A stretch of DNA of 26,836 nucleotides. Origin: Thermostichus sp. DRC_bins_24. GTDB lineage: Bacteria; Cyanobacteriota; Cyanobacteriia; Thermostichales; Thermostichaceae. Made by a program: the position numbers and the translations under genes. Location: contig JAUQVK010000059.1 in the NCBI GenBank assembly GCA_039794845.1, positions 1-26,836 of the forward strand, in the 5' to 3' direction. Shown here in pieces: positions 8,078 through 16,172 of this stretch. The notes under the pieces were generated by a model, which was not told where the DNA came from, ran no database searches, and was given only the letters and a program-made list of their open reading frames with translations. Every line of letters starts with the position of its first letter. Within the stretch, counting starts at the first letter, position 1.

Positions 8078-10555
8078 ATGCTGAGAACGGGTTGGTCTAG
8101 AGCAGTACCCATGTCTGGGCGACGCTTTTGGGCGGTAACCCTCAAGCCCCTGTGGGTTGGCCTGGGCTTCCTTCTGATGGGGTTGCTGGTTTGGATGGGA
8201 TCCCCGGTTGCCCATGGCCAAAGGGCTGATCTGACGGTGGTACGGTTGCCGGGGCAAAACTGGGCCAATATTGAGCGGCAACTGCAGCGCAGCGGCTTGG
8301 CTTACCAGGTGATCGACCAGCTCAATCCGGTGGGTTTGCAGGGGCGCAGCACGGTCTTTTTGCCCAACGTGAATCGCCTCACGACCGCCCAAGCCACCGC
8401 CCTAAGCGAATGGATGCAACGGGATGGAGGCCAAGTGATCCTCAGTGGCCCGTTGGACATTCCGGCGGAAGCCCGCGAGCCGCTGCGTACCTTAATCGGC
8501 GCCTACTGGAGCGGGGATATTCCGCTGGCCAGTGCTGTGCGTCTGACGGGGTTTGCCGGAGAATGGGCCCGCAGTGTCAATGCCGATGATGCGGTTGCCG
8601 GGGGGGCACTGTTGCCCACGGGCAGAGAAAGTCGTCTGATCGCCACCTGGGAAGGGGTGGGGGGAGAGGCCTACGCAGTGATCGCCAGCCGCCAAAGTGT
8701 GTATTTGGGTTGGCGTTGGGGAGAATTTCCCGATGAGACGGCCCAGTTGGATCAGCAGTGGTTGCGGGCGGCTCTCAGGCGCGCCCAAGGGGGAGCCGCT
8801 GCCCTGCCTGAAACGGTGGCGGCTCCCTCATCTCTGCCGATCAATACCTTCGAGCTGCTGGCGATGCGCCAGGAGTTGGGAGGGTTGTTGGGCCGAGTGG
8901 AGGGATCCCTGTTGCTCACCCGGGCCATCCAAGGTGGGGCCGACACCCAAGAGTACGACCGGATTTTGGAGCAAGCCCGCACGGTGTTACGGCAGCTACC
9001 CGCCTGGGTGGAGGCAGGGCAATACGTGCAGGCCCGTCAAGCGTTTGAACAGGCGCGGGCGGATCTGTGGGCCAACTACCCGGTGGATCGGTTGACCGCT
9101 TTGTCGGAAGTGCGGGCCATTTGGCTGGATCGGGGCACCATTGTCGAGTCGCGCTCCGAAACCGGACTGGCGCAGATTTTCGATCGCTTGGCCCAGGCGG
9201 GCATCAATACCGTCTTTTTTGAGACGATGAACGCCGGCTTTGCCATTCACCCCAGCCGCGTTGCCCCCCAACAAAACCCCCTCACCCGCGGCTGGGATCC
9301 CTTGCGGGCTGCTGTGCGCCTGGCTCACGAACGGGGTATGGAGCTACACGCCTGGATCTGGACCTTTGCGGTGGGCAATATCCGCCACAACATCCTGCCG
9401 GAGATCAATCTGCCCCAGGATTACATCGGCCCCGTCTTAACTGCCCACCCCGATTGGGCCAATGTGGACAAGCGGGGCAATCTTTTCCCCCGTGGACAAC
9501 CGGAAACCTGGCTGGATCCCGCCAATCCGCAGGTGCGCAGCTATTTGCTCGCCCTCACCCGCGAACTGGTGCAGGATTACCGGGTGGACGGGATCCACCT
9601 CGACTACATCCGCTATCCCTTTCAAAATGCCCCCAGCCGCAATGTGTTTGGCTTTGGCCGGGCAGCCCGACAAGGGTTTCAGCAGCTCTCCGGCGTGGAT
9701 CCGCTGGAGTTGGATCCCTTGACGGATCGCTCCCTCTGGCAGTTGTGGACCCGCTACCGCACCCAGCAGGTGAACGAGGTGGTGGAGTCCATCGCCCGCA
9801 CTGCCCGCTCTCTTAATCCGCAGGTGATCCTCTCGGCAGCCGTCTATGCCCTGCCCAAAAACGAGCGGCTGCAAAAGCTACAACAGGACTGGGAAGAGTG
9901 GATCCAAGCGGGGGAACTGGATTTGTTGATCCCCCTCACCTATGCGGGCAACACCCGACGTCTGGCCCAACTGGTGCAGCCGAACCTGGAGATCGTCAGC
10001 CGCTCCTCGGTGCTGTTTTTGCCCAGCCTGAATTTGTTGAACCTGCCCGCCGTTGAATTTTTGGACCAGATGCAGGTGGTGCGGGATCTGCCCACCGGGG
10101 GTTTTGCCCTGTTCGCGGTGCGCCAACTTACCCCCGAGCTGGAACAAATTCTCAGCCGCTCCGCCATTGCCTCCCCCCGCATTCCCCACCGGGATCCCTT
10201 CGGGGCGATTCAGGATCGCTTTCAAAGCCTACGGCAAGAATGGATGTTCTTAAGCGAGCAAGGGCAACTGCGGCTTTTGGAGCCGGAACGAAGCCAATGG
10301 ATGGAGCAGATCGAACGGGTGGAGGGATCCCTGGCGGCTTTGGTGGCGGATCCCAGTCTTGAGTCTCTGGCCAAAGCTCGTCAACAGCTGGGTCACCTGC
10401 GGGAAAACCTCAGCACTTGGATGCGGGTGAAGTCTCTACAAAACCCCTATCGAGTCGAGGTTTGGGGCAACCGTCTCACGGCCTTGGAAATGATGATGCG
10501 CTACGGCGAGCAGACCCTACTGCGCTCCCCCGCGGCTCCTTCCGTCAGAGGCTAG
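8078..10555 (+). CDS. Glycosyl hydrolase-like 10 (GHL10/DUF187) family exported protein
   Basis: Signal peptide, then EVRAIWLD, GINTVFFET, WDPL...AHERGMELHAW, WLDPANPQVR and DGIHLDYIRYP. The exact start is uncertain (8078 or 8111). Confidence 0.88.
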   Translation: MLRTGWSRAVPMSGRRFWAVTLKPLWVGLGFLLMGLLVWMGSPVAHGQRADLTVVRLPGQNWANIERQLQRSGLAYQVIDQLNPVGLQGRSTVFLPNVNRLTTAQATALSEWMQRDGGQVILSGPLDIPAEAREPLRTLIGAYWSGDIPLASAVRLTGFAGEWARSVNADDAVAGGALLPTGRESRLIATWEGVGGEAYAVIASRQSVYLGWRWGEFPDETAQLDQQWLRAALRRAQGGAAALPETVAAPSSLPINTFELLAMRQELGGLLGRVEGSLLLTRAIQGGADTQEYDRILEQARTVLRQLPAWVEAGQYVQARQAFEQARADLWANYPVDRLTALSEVRAIWLDRGTIVESRSETGLAQIFDRLAQAGINTVFFETMNAGFAIHPSRVAPQQNPLTRGWDPLRAAVRLAHERGMELHAWIWTFAVGNIRHNILPEINLPQDYIGPVLTAHPDWANVDKRGNLFPRGQPETWLDPANPQVRSYLLALTRELVQDYRVDGIHLDYIRYPFQNAPSRNVFGFGRAARQGFQQLSGVDPLELDPLTDRSLWQLWTRYRTQQVNEVVESIARTARSLNPQVILSAAVYALPKNERLQKLQQDWEEWIQAGELDLLIPLTYAGNTRRLAQLVQPNLEIVSRSSVLFLPSLNLLNLPAVEFLDQMQVVRDLPTGGFALFAVRQLTPELEQILSRSAIASPRIPHRDPFGAIQDRFQSLRQEWMFLSEQGQLRLLEPERSQWMEQIERVEGSLAALVADPSLESLAKARQQLGHLRENLSTWMRVKSLQNPYRVEVWGNRLTALEMMMRYGEQTLLRSPAAPSVRG

Positions 10556-10560
10556 GGGGC

Positions 10561-11106
10561 TCATCCCCTCGGAGAAGGATCCCCATCCCCAGCCGTTGAG
10601 GGGGGAACATACAGCTGCATTCCGGCCCAAAGGGGATCAAAATCCGGCGGGAAACGGGTGCGCTCGTCAAAATAGGCCCCCTCCAGCTCTGTAAAGCGCA
10701 AATCCACCTGGTGTAAATCGGCCCCCCGCAGATCCGCCCCCTGCAAAAGTGTCCCCTGCAGCAGAGCTTCCTCAAAACGGGCTCCGCGTAGGTTGGCCCC
10801 CCGCAAACAGGTCCGCCACAGCCGGGATCCTCGCAAATCGGCAAAGCGCAAATCGGCTCCCGAGAGCAGTGCCCCGTGTAACTGGGTTTGGCGCAGATCC
10901 CCAAATTTCAAATCGGCGAAACTGAGATCGCCCCCCATCAGGCTGGCGCGCCCGAGTCTGGCCCGACAGAGCAACGCCTGCCGCAACCGCACATGCCAGA
11001 GGCGCAAGGATCGCAAATCTCCCCGGGACAAATCGATGCCATCAAAATCCCGTTGCCCTGCCGCATACTGCCGCAACAGCTCCCCCACACTGGCCACTCG
11101 CTTCAT
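10561..11106 (-). CDS. Pentapeptide repeat protein
   Basis: ELLRQYAAGQRDF N-terminal cap, A(D/N)LxG repeats and a YFDERTRFP..FDP..AGM C-terminal cap. Start placed at ATG 11106. Confidence 0.88.
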   Translation of the reverse strand: MKRVASVGELLRQYAAGQRDFDGIDLSRGDLRSLRLWHVRLRQALLCRARLGRASLMGGDLSFADLKFGDLRQTQLHGALLSGADLRFADLRGSRLWRTCLRGANLRGARFEEALLQGTLLQGADLRGADLHQVDLRFTELEGAYFDERTRFPPDFDPLWAGMQLYVPPSTAGDGDPSPRG

Positions 11107-11254
11107 GTTGCCCTGCTCACCCCCACCCCCCCAAGTGTAGAGCCCTGTCGGGAAATCGCACCTCCCCTCAGGCGGAATATGGAGCAAGGACTTGGGGCGA
11201 TCTCTACCTCTCGTCTTCTGAGCAAGCTTGATAGCCTAGAGGGAGCGAAACGGG

Positions 11255-12274
11255 ATGGTTATGTCAGATACTCCTGCGGTCTTGGTGCAACAGTTGCAAA
11301 AACGCTATGGCTCCACCCCGGCGGTGGTAGATGTATCTTTTCAGGTGGGATCCGGTCAAATCTACGGCATTCTCGGCCCCAACGGAGCGGGCAAAACCAC
11401 TACACTGCACTGCATTTGTACCCTGCTGCGTCCGGATGCGGGCCAGGTGGAGGTGTGCGGGATCCCAGTTCAAGAGAACCCCAAAGCGGTTCGAGAAAAA
11501 TTGGGCTTTGTCGCCCAAGAAGTGGCTCTGGATAAGGTGTTGACGGGCCGAGAGCTGCTGCAATTGCAGGCAGACCTCTACCACATGCCCCGCCCCTTGG
11601 CCCAAGAGCGGATCGCCACGGTGCTGCAGTTGTTGGATCTAACGGATCGGGCAGATGAGCGCACCGGCACCTATTCTGGAGGGCTGCGCAAACGGCTGGA
11701 TCTGGCGGCAGGCCTGTTGCATCAGCCGCAGGTGCTGGTGTTGGATGAGCCGACGGTGGGGTTGGATATTCAAAGTCGCCTCGTAATTTGGGACTTTCTG
11801 CGACAGTTAAAGAATATGGGCATTACGGTGTTGCTGAGCAGCCACTACCTGGAGGAGATTGATTTGCTGGCGGATCGGGTGGCCATTATCGACCGGGGCA
11901 CCGTGATCGCCGAAGGCACCCCCGAGGAGCTAAAAGCACGGGTAGGGGGAGAGCGCATTACCGTTAAGCTGCAGGAATTTGCCCCCAAAGAGCTGGCCGA
12001 GCGGGGGGCGGCACTGCTGGGATCCCTGCCCTTTGTGCAACAGGTGCTGATCAACAGCGCCCAGGGCAACGCCCTCAATTTGGTGGTGCAGAGCAACGGG
12101 GAGGATCCCTTGGGTAAAATTCGCAGCCATTTGCAAGCCCATGGACTGGAGCTGTTCAGCAGCACCCAATCCCGCCCCAGTCTGGATGATGTGTACTTGG
12201 CGGCAACCGGCCAAACCCTTCTGGATGCGGAGCTAGCTGCTGCCGAAGCCGCCACCGGCAAAAAGAAAAAGTAA
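11255..12274 (+). CDS. ABC-2 type exporter ATP-binding protein (DrrA-like)
   Basis: Walker A GPNGAGKT, signature YSGG, Walker B VLVLDEPT, H-loop SSHYLEE and C-terminal PSLDDVYL. Confidence 0.93.
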   Translation: MVMSDTPAVLVQQLQKRYGSTPAVVDVSFQVGSGQIYGILGPNGAGKTTTLHCICTLLRPDAGQVEVCGIPVQENPKAVREKLGFVAQEVALDKVLTGRELLQLQADLYHMPRPLAQERIATVLQLLDLTDRADERTGTYSGGLRKRLDLAAGLLHQPQVLVLDEPTVGLDIQSRLVIWDFLRQLKNMGITVLLSSHYLEEIDLLADRVAIIDRGTVIAEGTPEELKARVGGERITVKLQEFAPKELAERGAALLGSLPFVQQVLINSAQGNALNLVVQSNGEDPLGKIRSHLQAHGLELFSSTQSRPSLDDVYLAATGQTLLDAELAAAEAATGKKKK

Positions 12275-12317
12275 CCTTCTTTCCCAACGATTTCCATCAC
12301 TTTGCAGGAGCCTTTGC

Positions 12318-13172
12318 ATGACCGCCACTGCTTCCCAGATTCAGTCCAGTCGGATCCCGTTCTTGACCGCCGACTTTTGGCAGGAGACCTTCGCCCTCAC
12401 CCGCCGCTGGTTTATTCAACTGAAGCGCCGACCCACCACCCTTTTGGTGGGGATTATTCAACCCTTGCTTTGGTTGATTCTGTTTGGGGCCCTGTTTCAG
12501 AATGCACCTGCGGGTATTTTCGGGGCGGGGCAAAACTACACTCAGTTTTTGGGGGCGGGGGTGATCGTATTTACGGCCTTTGGTGGAGCCCTAAATGCAG
12601 GAGTGCCGGTCATTTTCGACCGGGAATTTGGCTTTTTGAATCGATTGTTGGTGGCTCCCCTCACCTCCCGCTTTTCCATTGTTCTTGCCTCTAGCCTGTT
12701 TATCGTCAGCTTGGCCTTGGTGCAGACCGCGGTGATCGTGGGGGCAGATTATGCCTTTGGCGCCGGGATCCCGAATGGGCCAGGGTTGGCGGTGGTGGCC
12801 CTGATTGTGGGCTTGTTGGTGTTGGGCTTTACGGCCCTGAGTTTGGGATTGGCCTTTGCCATGCCGGGGCATCAGCAGTTGTTGGCCCTGATCTTTCTAC
12901 TGAACTTGCCCCTGATCTTTTCCAGTACGGCTTTGGCCCCCTTGAGTTTTATGCCCCTTTGGTTGCGTTGGGTGGCTAGCCTTAATCCGCTTACCTTTGC
13001 CATCGAGCCGATTCGCCATCTTTATCGCAGCAATGACTGGAGTTTTGCGGATGTGGTTTTGCAGGCTCCTTGGGGAGATCTCACCCTGGCGGGATCCCTG
13101 GGCCTATTGGCGGGATTTGTGGTGGTGTCGGTCTTGCTGGTGCAGAGGGTGTTGCGCAAGAGCTTGGCTTGA
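12318..13172 (+). CDS. ABC-2 type exporter permease (Ycf38-like)
   Basis: Six hydrophobic segments with QPLLWL, DREFGFLNRLLVAP and NPLTFAIE. Lies directly downstream of the ATPase. Confidence 0.9.
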   Translation: MTATASQIQSSRIPFLTADFWQETFALTRRWFIQLKRRPTTLLVGIIQPLLWLILFGALFQNAPAGIFGAGQNYTQFLGAGVIVFTAFGGALNAGVPVIFDREFGFLNRLLVAPLTSRFSIVLASSLFIVSLALVQTAVIVGADYAFGAGIPNGPGLAVVALIVGLLVLGFTALSLGLAFAMPGHQQLLALIFLLNLPLIFSSTALAPLSFMPLWLRWVASLNPLTFAIEPIRHLYRSNDWSFADVVLQAPWGDLTLAGSLGLLAGFVVVSVLLVQRVLRKSLA

Positions 13173-13202
13173 GAATACCTACACGCAGAGGTGGGGCAGG
13201 AG

Positions 13203-13739
13203 ATGACGACCCAGGAAGATCGGCTCAACCGAGTGGAAACCCTTTTGCTCCAGATGGCGGAACAGTCCGTAAGGCGTGACCAAGCCATCGACCGATTGGC
13301 AGAACAGTCTGCCAGAAATGAACAGGCTATTGACCGGCTGGCAGAGCAAACCACTCGCAACAGCCAAGCCATCGACCGATTGGTGGAGAAAACCAACACG
13401 CTGGAAGAGGCCATCCAAAACTTAATTCAGCTCACCAGCGAGACCCGTTCTGATTTGGCTCATTTTTCTGAGTGGGCGGAAACCGTCACCCAATCCATTG
13501 AAGCGATGCGAGCCTTGCAAAACCGACAAGAGGTTCTCCTGCAAACGCTGGGTATCCTACAGGAGCGCCAAGATGCTCGCATTGCAGCCCTAGAACAACA
13601 AAGGCTTCAAGACCAACGAGAGCAGGCGGAATTCCGGCAGAGGATGACAGAACTGCAGCAACGTCAAGTCGAATCTGACCAACGCTTCGAGATCCTGCTG
13701 GAGGAAATTCGGTTCTTGATTCGGCAAAGGCCCCAGTAG
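13203..13739 (+). CDS. Coiled-coil protein with 14-aa tandem repeats
   Basis: CAGGAG RBS before ATG 13203. Q/E/R-rich heptads including three QAIDRL(A/V)E units. Ends in RFEILLEEIRFL. Confidence 0.8.
   Translation: MTTQEDRLNRVETLLLQMAEQSVRRDQAIDRLAEQSARNEQAIDRLAEQTTRNSQAIDRLVEKTNTLEEAIQNLIQLTSETRSDLAHFSEWAETVTQSIEAMRALQNRQEVLLQTLGILQERQDARIAALEQQRLQDQREQAEFRQRMTELQQRQVESDQRFEILLEEIRFLIRQRPQ
13281..13390 (+). repeat. 42-bp coding tandem repeat, about 2.6 copies
   Basis: Units begin at 13281, 13323 and 13365. Units 1 and 3 share CAAGCCATCGACCGATTGG exactly; unit 2 has synonymous changes. Confidence 0.85.
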
Positions 13740-13827
13740 GGATCCCTCCGACTCAAGGCAGAGGAACCGCCGCTATGCAGGCCTAGGTCAATGATTCAAA
13801 CTTGGATTCAAACTTAGACAGCGCCCC

Positions 13828-14037
13828 TTAAAGCCATTGACGGGAGGCGGATTTTTCCATGTCTGCTTGCGCCTGCTGCAACATGGCCAGACGGCTATCG
13901 GTGTTGGGAGACAAGCTCAAAGAAGGGGTGAGGCTACGGGCTTGTAGAGCCATATGGAGCTGCAGTTCGGTCACATACTCGCGCAGGCCGGAGGTAGAGG
14001 AGGTAAGAGCCGCTGAAGAAGAGTAGGAAGCAGACAT
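13828..14037 (-). CDS. Small conserved cyanobacterial hypothetical protein
   Basis: Ser-rich N-terminus, then LREYVTELQLHMALQARSL...DSR...QA..EK..SRQ. Fills the gap between flanking genes. Start placed at ATG 14037. Confidence 0.65.
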   Translation of the reverse strand: MSASYSSSAALTSSTSGLREYVTELQLHMALQARSLTPSLSLSPNTDSRLAMLQQAQADMEKSASRQWL

Positions 14038-14161
14038 CACGGTAAGGGGTTCCTCGCAAGATTGCCACAATCGCTCTGCTAAGTTATCACGCCTCCCCCC
14101 TCACGTAGGGTTCCAGAATGTTAGGTTTGATTAAGCTTTGAAACAGATTTTGCCGACAACG

Positions 14162-14809
14162 ATGCTCCTGAATGATTGGCAGCGCTCCAAGCTGGATCCC
14201 AGTGATGACACCCTCTTTTACGACTATCCCCGCTTCGTGACCCATGTGGATTCTGGGTTCATCGGGCAGCTCACGGATCTGTATCGGGAGCACTTGCAGC
14301 CCCAGACCCGGATTTTGGATCTGATGAGCAGTTGGGTCTCCCACCTGCCGCCGGAAATGACCTTTGCTCACGTGGAAGGGCACGGCATGAACCGCGAAGA
14401 ACTGGCGGCGAACCCACGGCTTAACCACTTCTTTGTGCAAAATCTTAACCAAAACCCGACCTTGCCTTTTCCCGATCGCTCCTTTGATGCGGTGTTGAAT
14501 ACCGTTTCGGTGCAATACCTGCAGCAGCCGGAGCAGGTGTTTGCGGAGGTGTGCCGAGTCCTGAAACCCCAAGGTCTTTTCATCGTCAGCTTTTCCAATC
14601 GTATGTTTTTCCAGAAGGCGATCCAGGCTTGGCGGGATGGCTCTGAGGCAGAACGTGTGCAGTTGGTGAAACGCTATTTTGGCTCCGTGCCGGGATTTGA
14701 GGTGGTCAAGGTGATCCAACGGGTTGCCCCTCTCAGTTGGGTCAGTTTTTTGGGGGGTGGGGGCGGGGATCCCTTTTATGCGGTGATCGGACGGCGTTCG
14801 GCTGAGTAA
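14162..14809 (+). CDS. Class I SAM-dependent methyltransferase (type 11-like)
   Basis: RSKLD..DD..FY..PRFVTHVD, ILDLMSSWVSHLP, LPFPDRSFDAV, RVLKPQG and SFSNRMF. Start placed at ATG 14162. Confidence 0.88.
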   Translation: MLLNDWQRSKLDPSDDTLFYDYPRFVTHVDSGFIGQLTDLYREHLQPQTRILDLMSSWVSHLPPEMTFAHVEGHGMNREELAANPRLNHFFVQNLNQNPTLPFPDRSFDAVLNTVSVQYLQQPEQVFAEVCRVLKPQGLFIVSFSNRMFFQKAIQAWRDGSEAERVQLVKRYFGSVPGFEVVKVIQRVAPLSWVSFLGGGGGDPFYAVIGRRSAE

Positions 14810-14897
14810 GGGCTTTTCCATGGCACTCTAGAGCCATCCAGAGGGTTGGATATCCTGACTGAATCTTCCATCTTCGTTCATCCCCAAAAAGGCCCCT

Positions 14898-15920
14898 TTG
14901 TCCTCCAATCTTTCCGACGGTTCTCCCCTGCAAAACAGTGCTTCTTCACCCCGACAGATCTCAGAGATTGGCGAGGCGGGGTTGCTGCAAATCGTGCAGC
15001 GCTATTGTCCGGCGCAGGTGGTGGGGGATGATGCAGCAGTGTTGGAGGCTCCCGGTGGGCAACTGGTCGTGACCACCGATGTGTTGGTGGACGGGGTACA
15101 TTTCAGCGATATAACCACTCCCCCCCATGCTGTGGGGTGGCGAGCGGTGGCCGCGAATTTGTCGGATTTGGCCGCGATGGGATCCCGTCCTCAGGCGTTG
15201 GTGATCGGTCTGGGGTTGCCCGGGTCTACCCCGATTGCTTGGGTGGAGGAGCTTTATCAGGGGATGCAAGCCTGTAGTTCTGACTGGGGATCCCCGTTGG
15301 TGGGGGGGGATCTGTGTCGCTCTCCCCACCGCTTTGTGGCGATTACAGCGTTGGGAGAAGTGCAGCCAGGACGGGTCATTCAACGCCAGCTGGCTCAACC
15401 GGGGGATTGGCTGGTGGTAACCGGGCCGCATGGCGATGCACGAGCAGGTCTGGAACTCCTCCTTCATCCCGAGCAAGGATCTGCAGTGGCCGCGGCAGAG
15501 CGAGAGTGGCTGATCCGGGCCCATCAATACCCGCGCCCGCGACTGGATTGTTTACCGGTTCTGCAAGGGATCCCCGAGCCGCTGCGCCTTGCAGGCATGG
15601 ATACCAGCGATGGCTTGGCGGATGCGCTGGTGCAACTGTGTCAGGCCAGTGGAGTGGAGGCGAGGATCGAGGTGGAGCGGATCCCGATTTCTGCCGCCTT
15701 GAGGCGGGCCTTCCCGGCGCAAGCCTTGGAGTGGGCGCTGTACGGGGGGGAAGATTTTGAGCTGTTGTTTAGTGCCGATGCAGTGGTGGCCAAGCATCTG
15801 TTGGCGAAGTTGCCGGGCGCAGTTTGCATTGGCGAAGTAACCGGCTGGGATCCGGGCGGAACCGTTTGGTTGGGAGATGGGCAGCCCCTCAGTCGTCAAC
15901 AAGCTTTCCAACATTTCTAA
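14898..15920 (+). CDS. thiL: Thiamine-monophosphate kinase
   Basis: GE..L, GDDAA, TTDVLVDGVHF, NLSDLAAMG, GGD, DTSDGL and GGEDFEL motifs. The TTG start is uncertain. Confidence 0.93.
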   Translation: MSSNLSDGSPLQNSASSPRQISEIGEAGLLQIVQRYCPAQVVGDDAAVLEAPGGQLVVTTDVLVDGVHFSDITTPPHAVGWRAVAANLSDLAAMGSRPQALVIGLGLPGSTPIAWVEELYQGMQACSSDWGSPLVGGDLCRSPHRFVAITALGEVQPGRVIQRQLAQPGDWLVVTGPHGDARAGLELLLHPEQGSAVAAAEREWLIRAHQYPRPRLDCLPVLQGIPEPLRLAGMDTSDGLADALVQLCQASGVEARIEVERIPISAALRRAFPAQALEWALYGGEDFELLFSADAVVAKHLLAKLPGAVCIGEVTGWDPGGTVWLGDGQPLSRQQAFQHF

Positions 15921-15980
15921 CTTTGATCTAATTTGACGCACAACTTCGGTCAAAGCGATCCCAGGGATCCGAAGTGACGC

Positions 15981-16134
15981 TACAGCCCTTACGCGGGTTT
16001 TCTACGGCAGGGCTTGTGCTTCTTTAGCCCTAGGGGGTGGATCTCAACTTCCACGGTTGTTACATGTAACTAGCGGTGCCCTATGGGCCGCCATGGGCGA
16101 ACGCGCCAGCGTGCCCTAGGCGTAAAGGGCTGTA
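15981..16134. other. Structured intergenic element bounded by imperfect inverted repeats (candidate MITE or ncRNA)
   Basis: TACAGCCCTTACGC (15981-15994) is the reverse complement of GCGTAAAGGGCTGTA (16120-16134) apart from a 1-nt indel. Several internal hairpins. Confidence 0.5.
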
Positions 16135-16172
16135 CCCGATTTTTCGCTCTCGTCTGCTCTGTTCTGAGGACA

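Noticed and set aside
10700..11050. 15-nt periodicity as a DNA repeat element
   Set aside because: It is fully explained by pentapeptide-repeat coding.
13281..13390. Regularly spaced repeats as a possible CRISPR array
   Set aside because: The 42-bp period is in frame, the variation is synonymous, and no cas genes are nearby. This is a protein repeat.
14087..14821. 244-aa antisense ORF, and similar shadow ORFs such as 19044-19730, 19315-19956 and 16995-17558
   Set aside because: They lie antisense or off-frame to well-supported genes and carry no motifs. Such ORFs are expected in GC-rich coding DNA.
15981..16134. TPP or guanidine riboswitch, tRNA or 6S RNA
   Set aside because: It lies downstream of two convergent genes and lacks the TPP CTGAGA/ACCTGA and tRNA T-loop motifs. 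A multibranch fold does not fit the 6S rod. Left unassigned.
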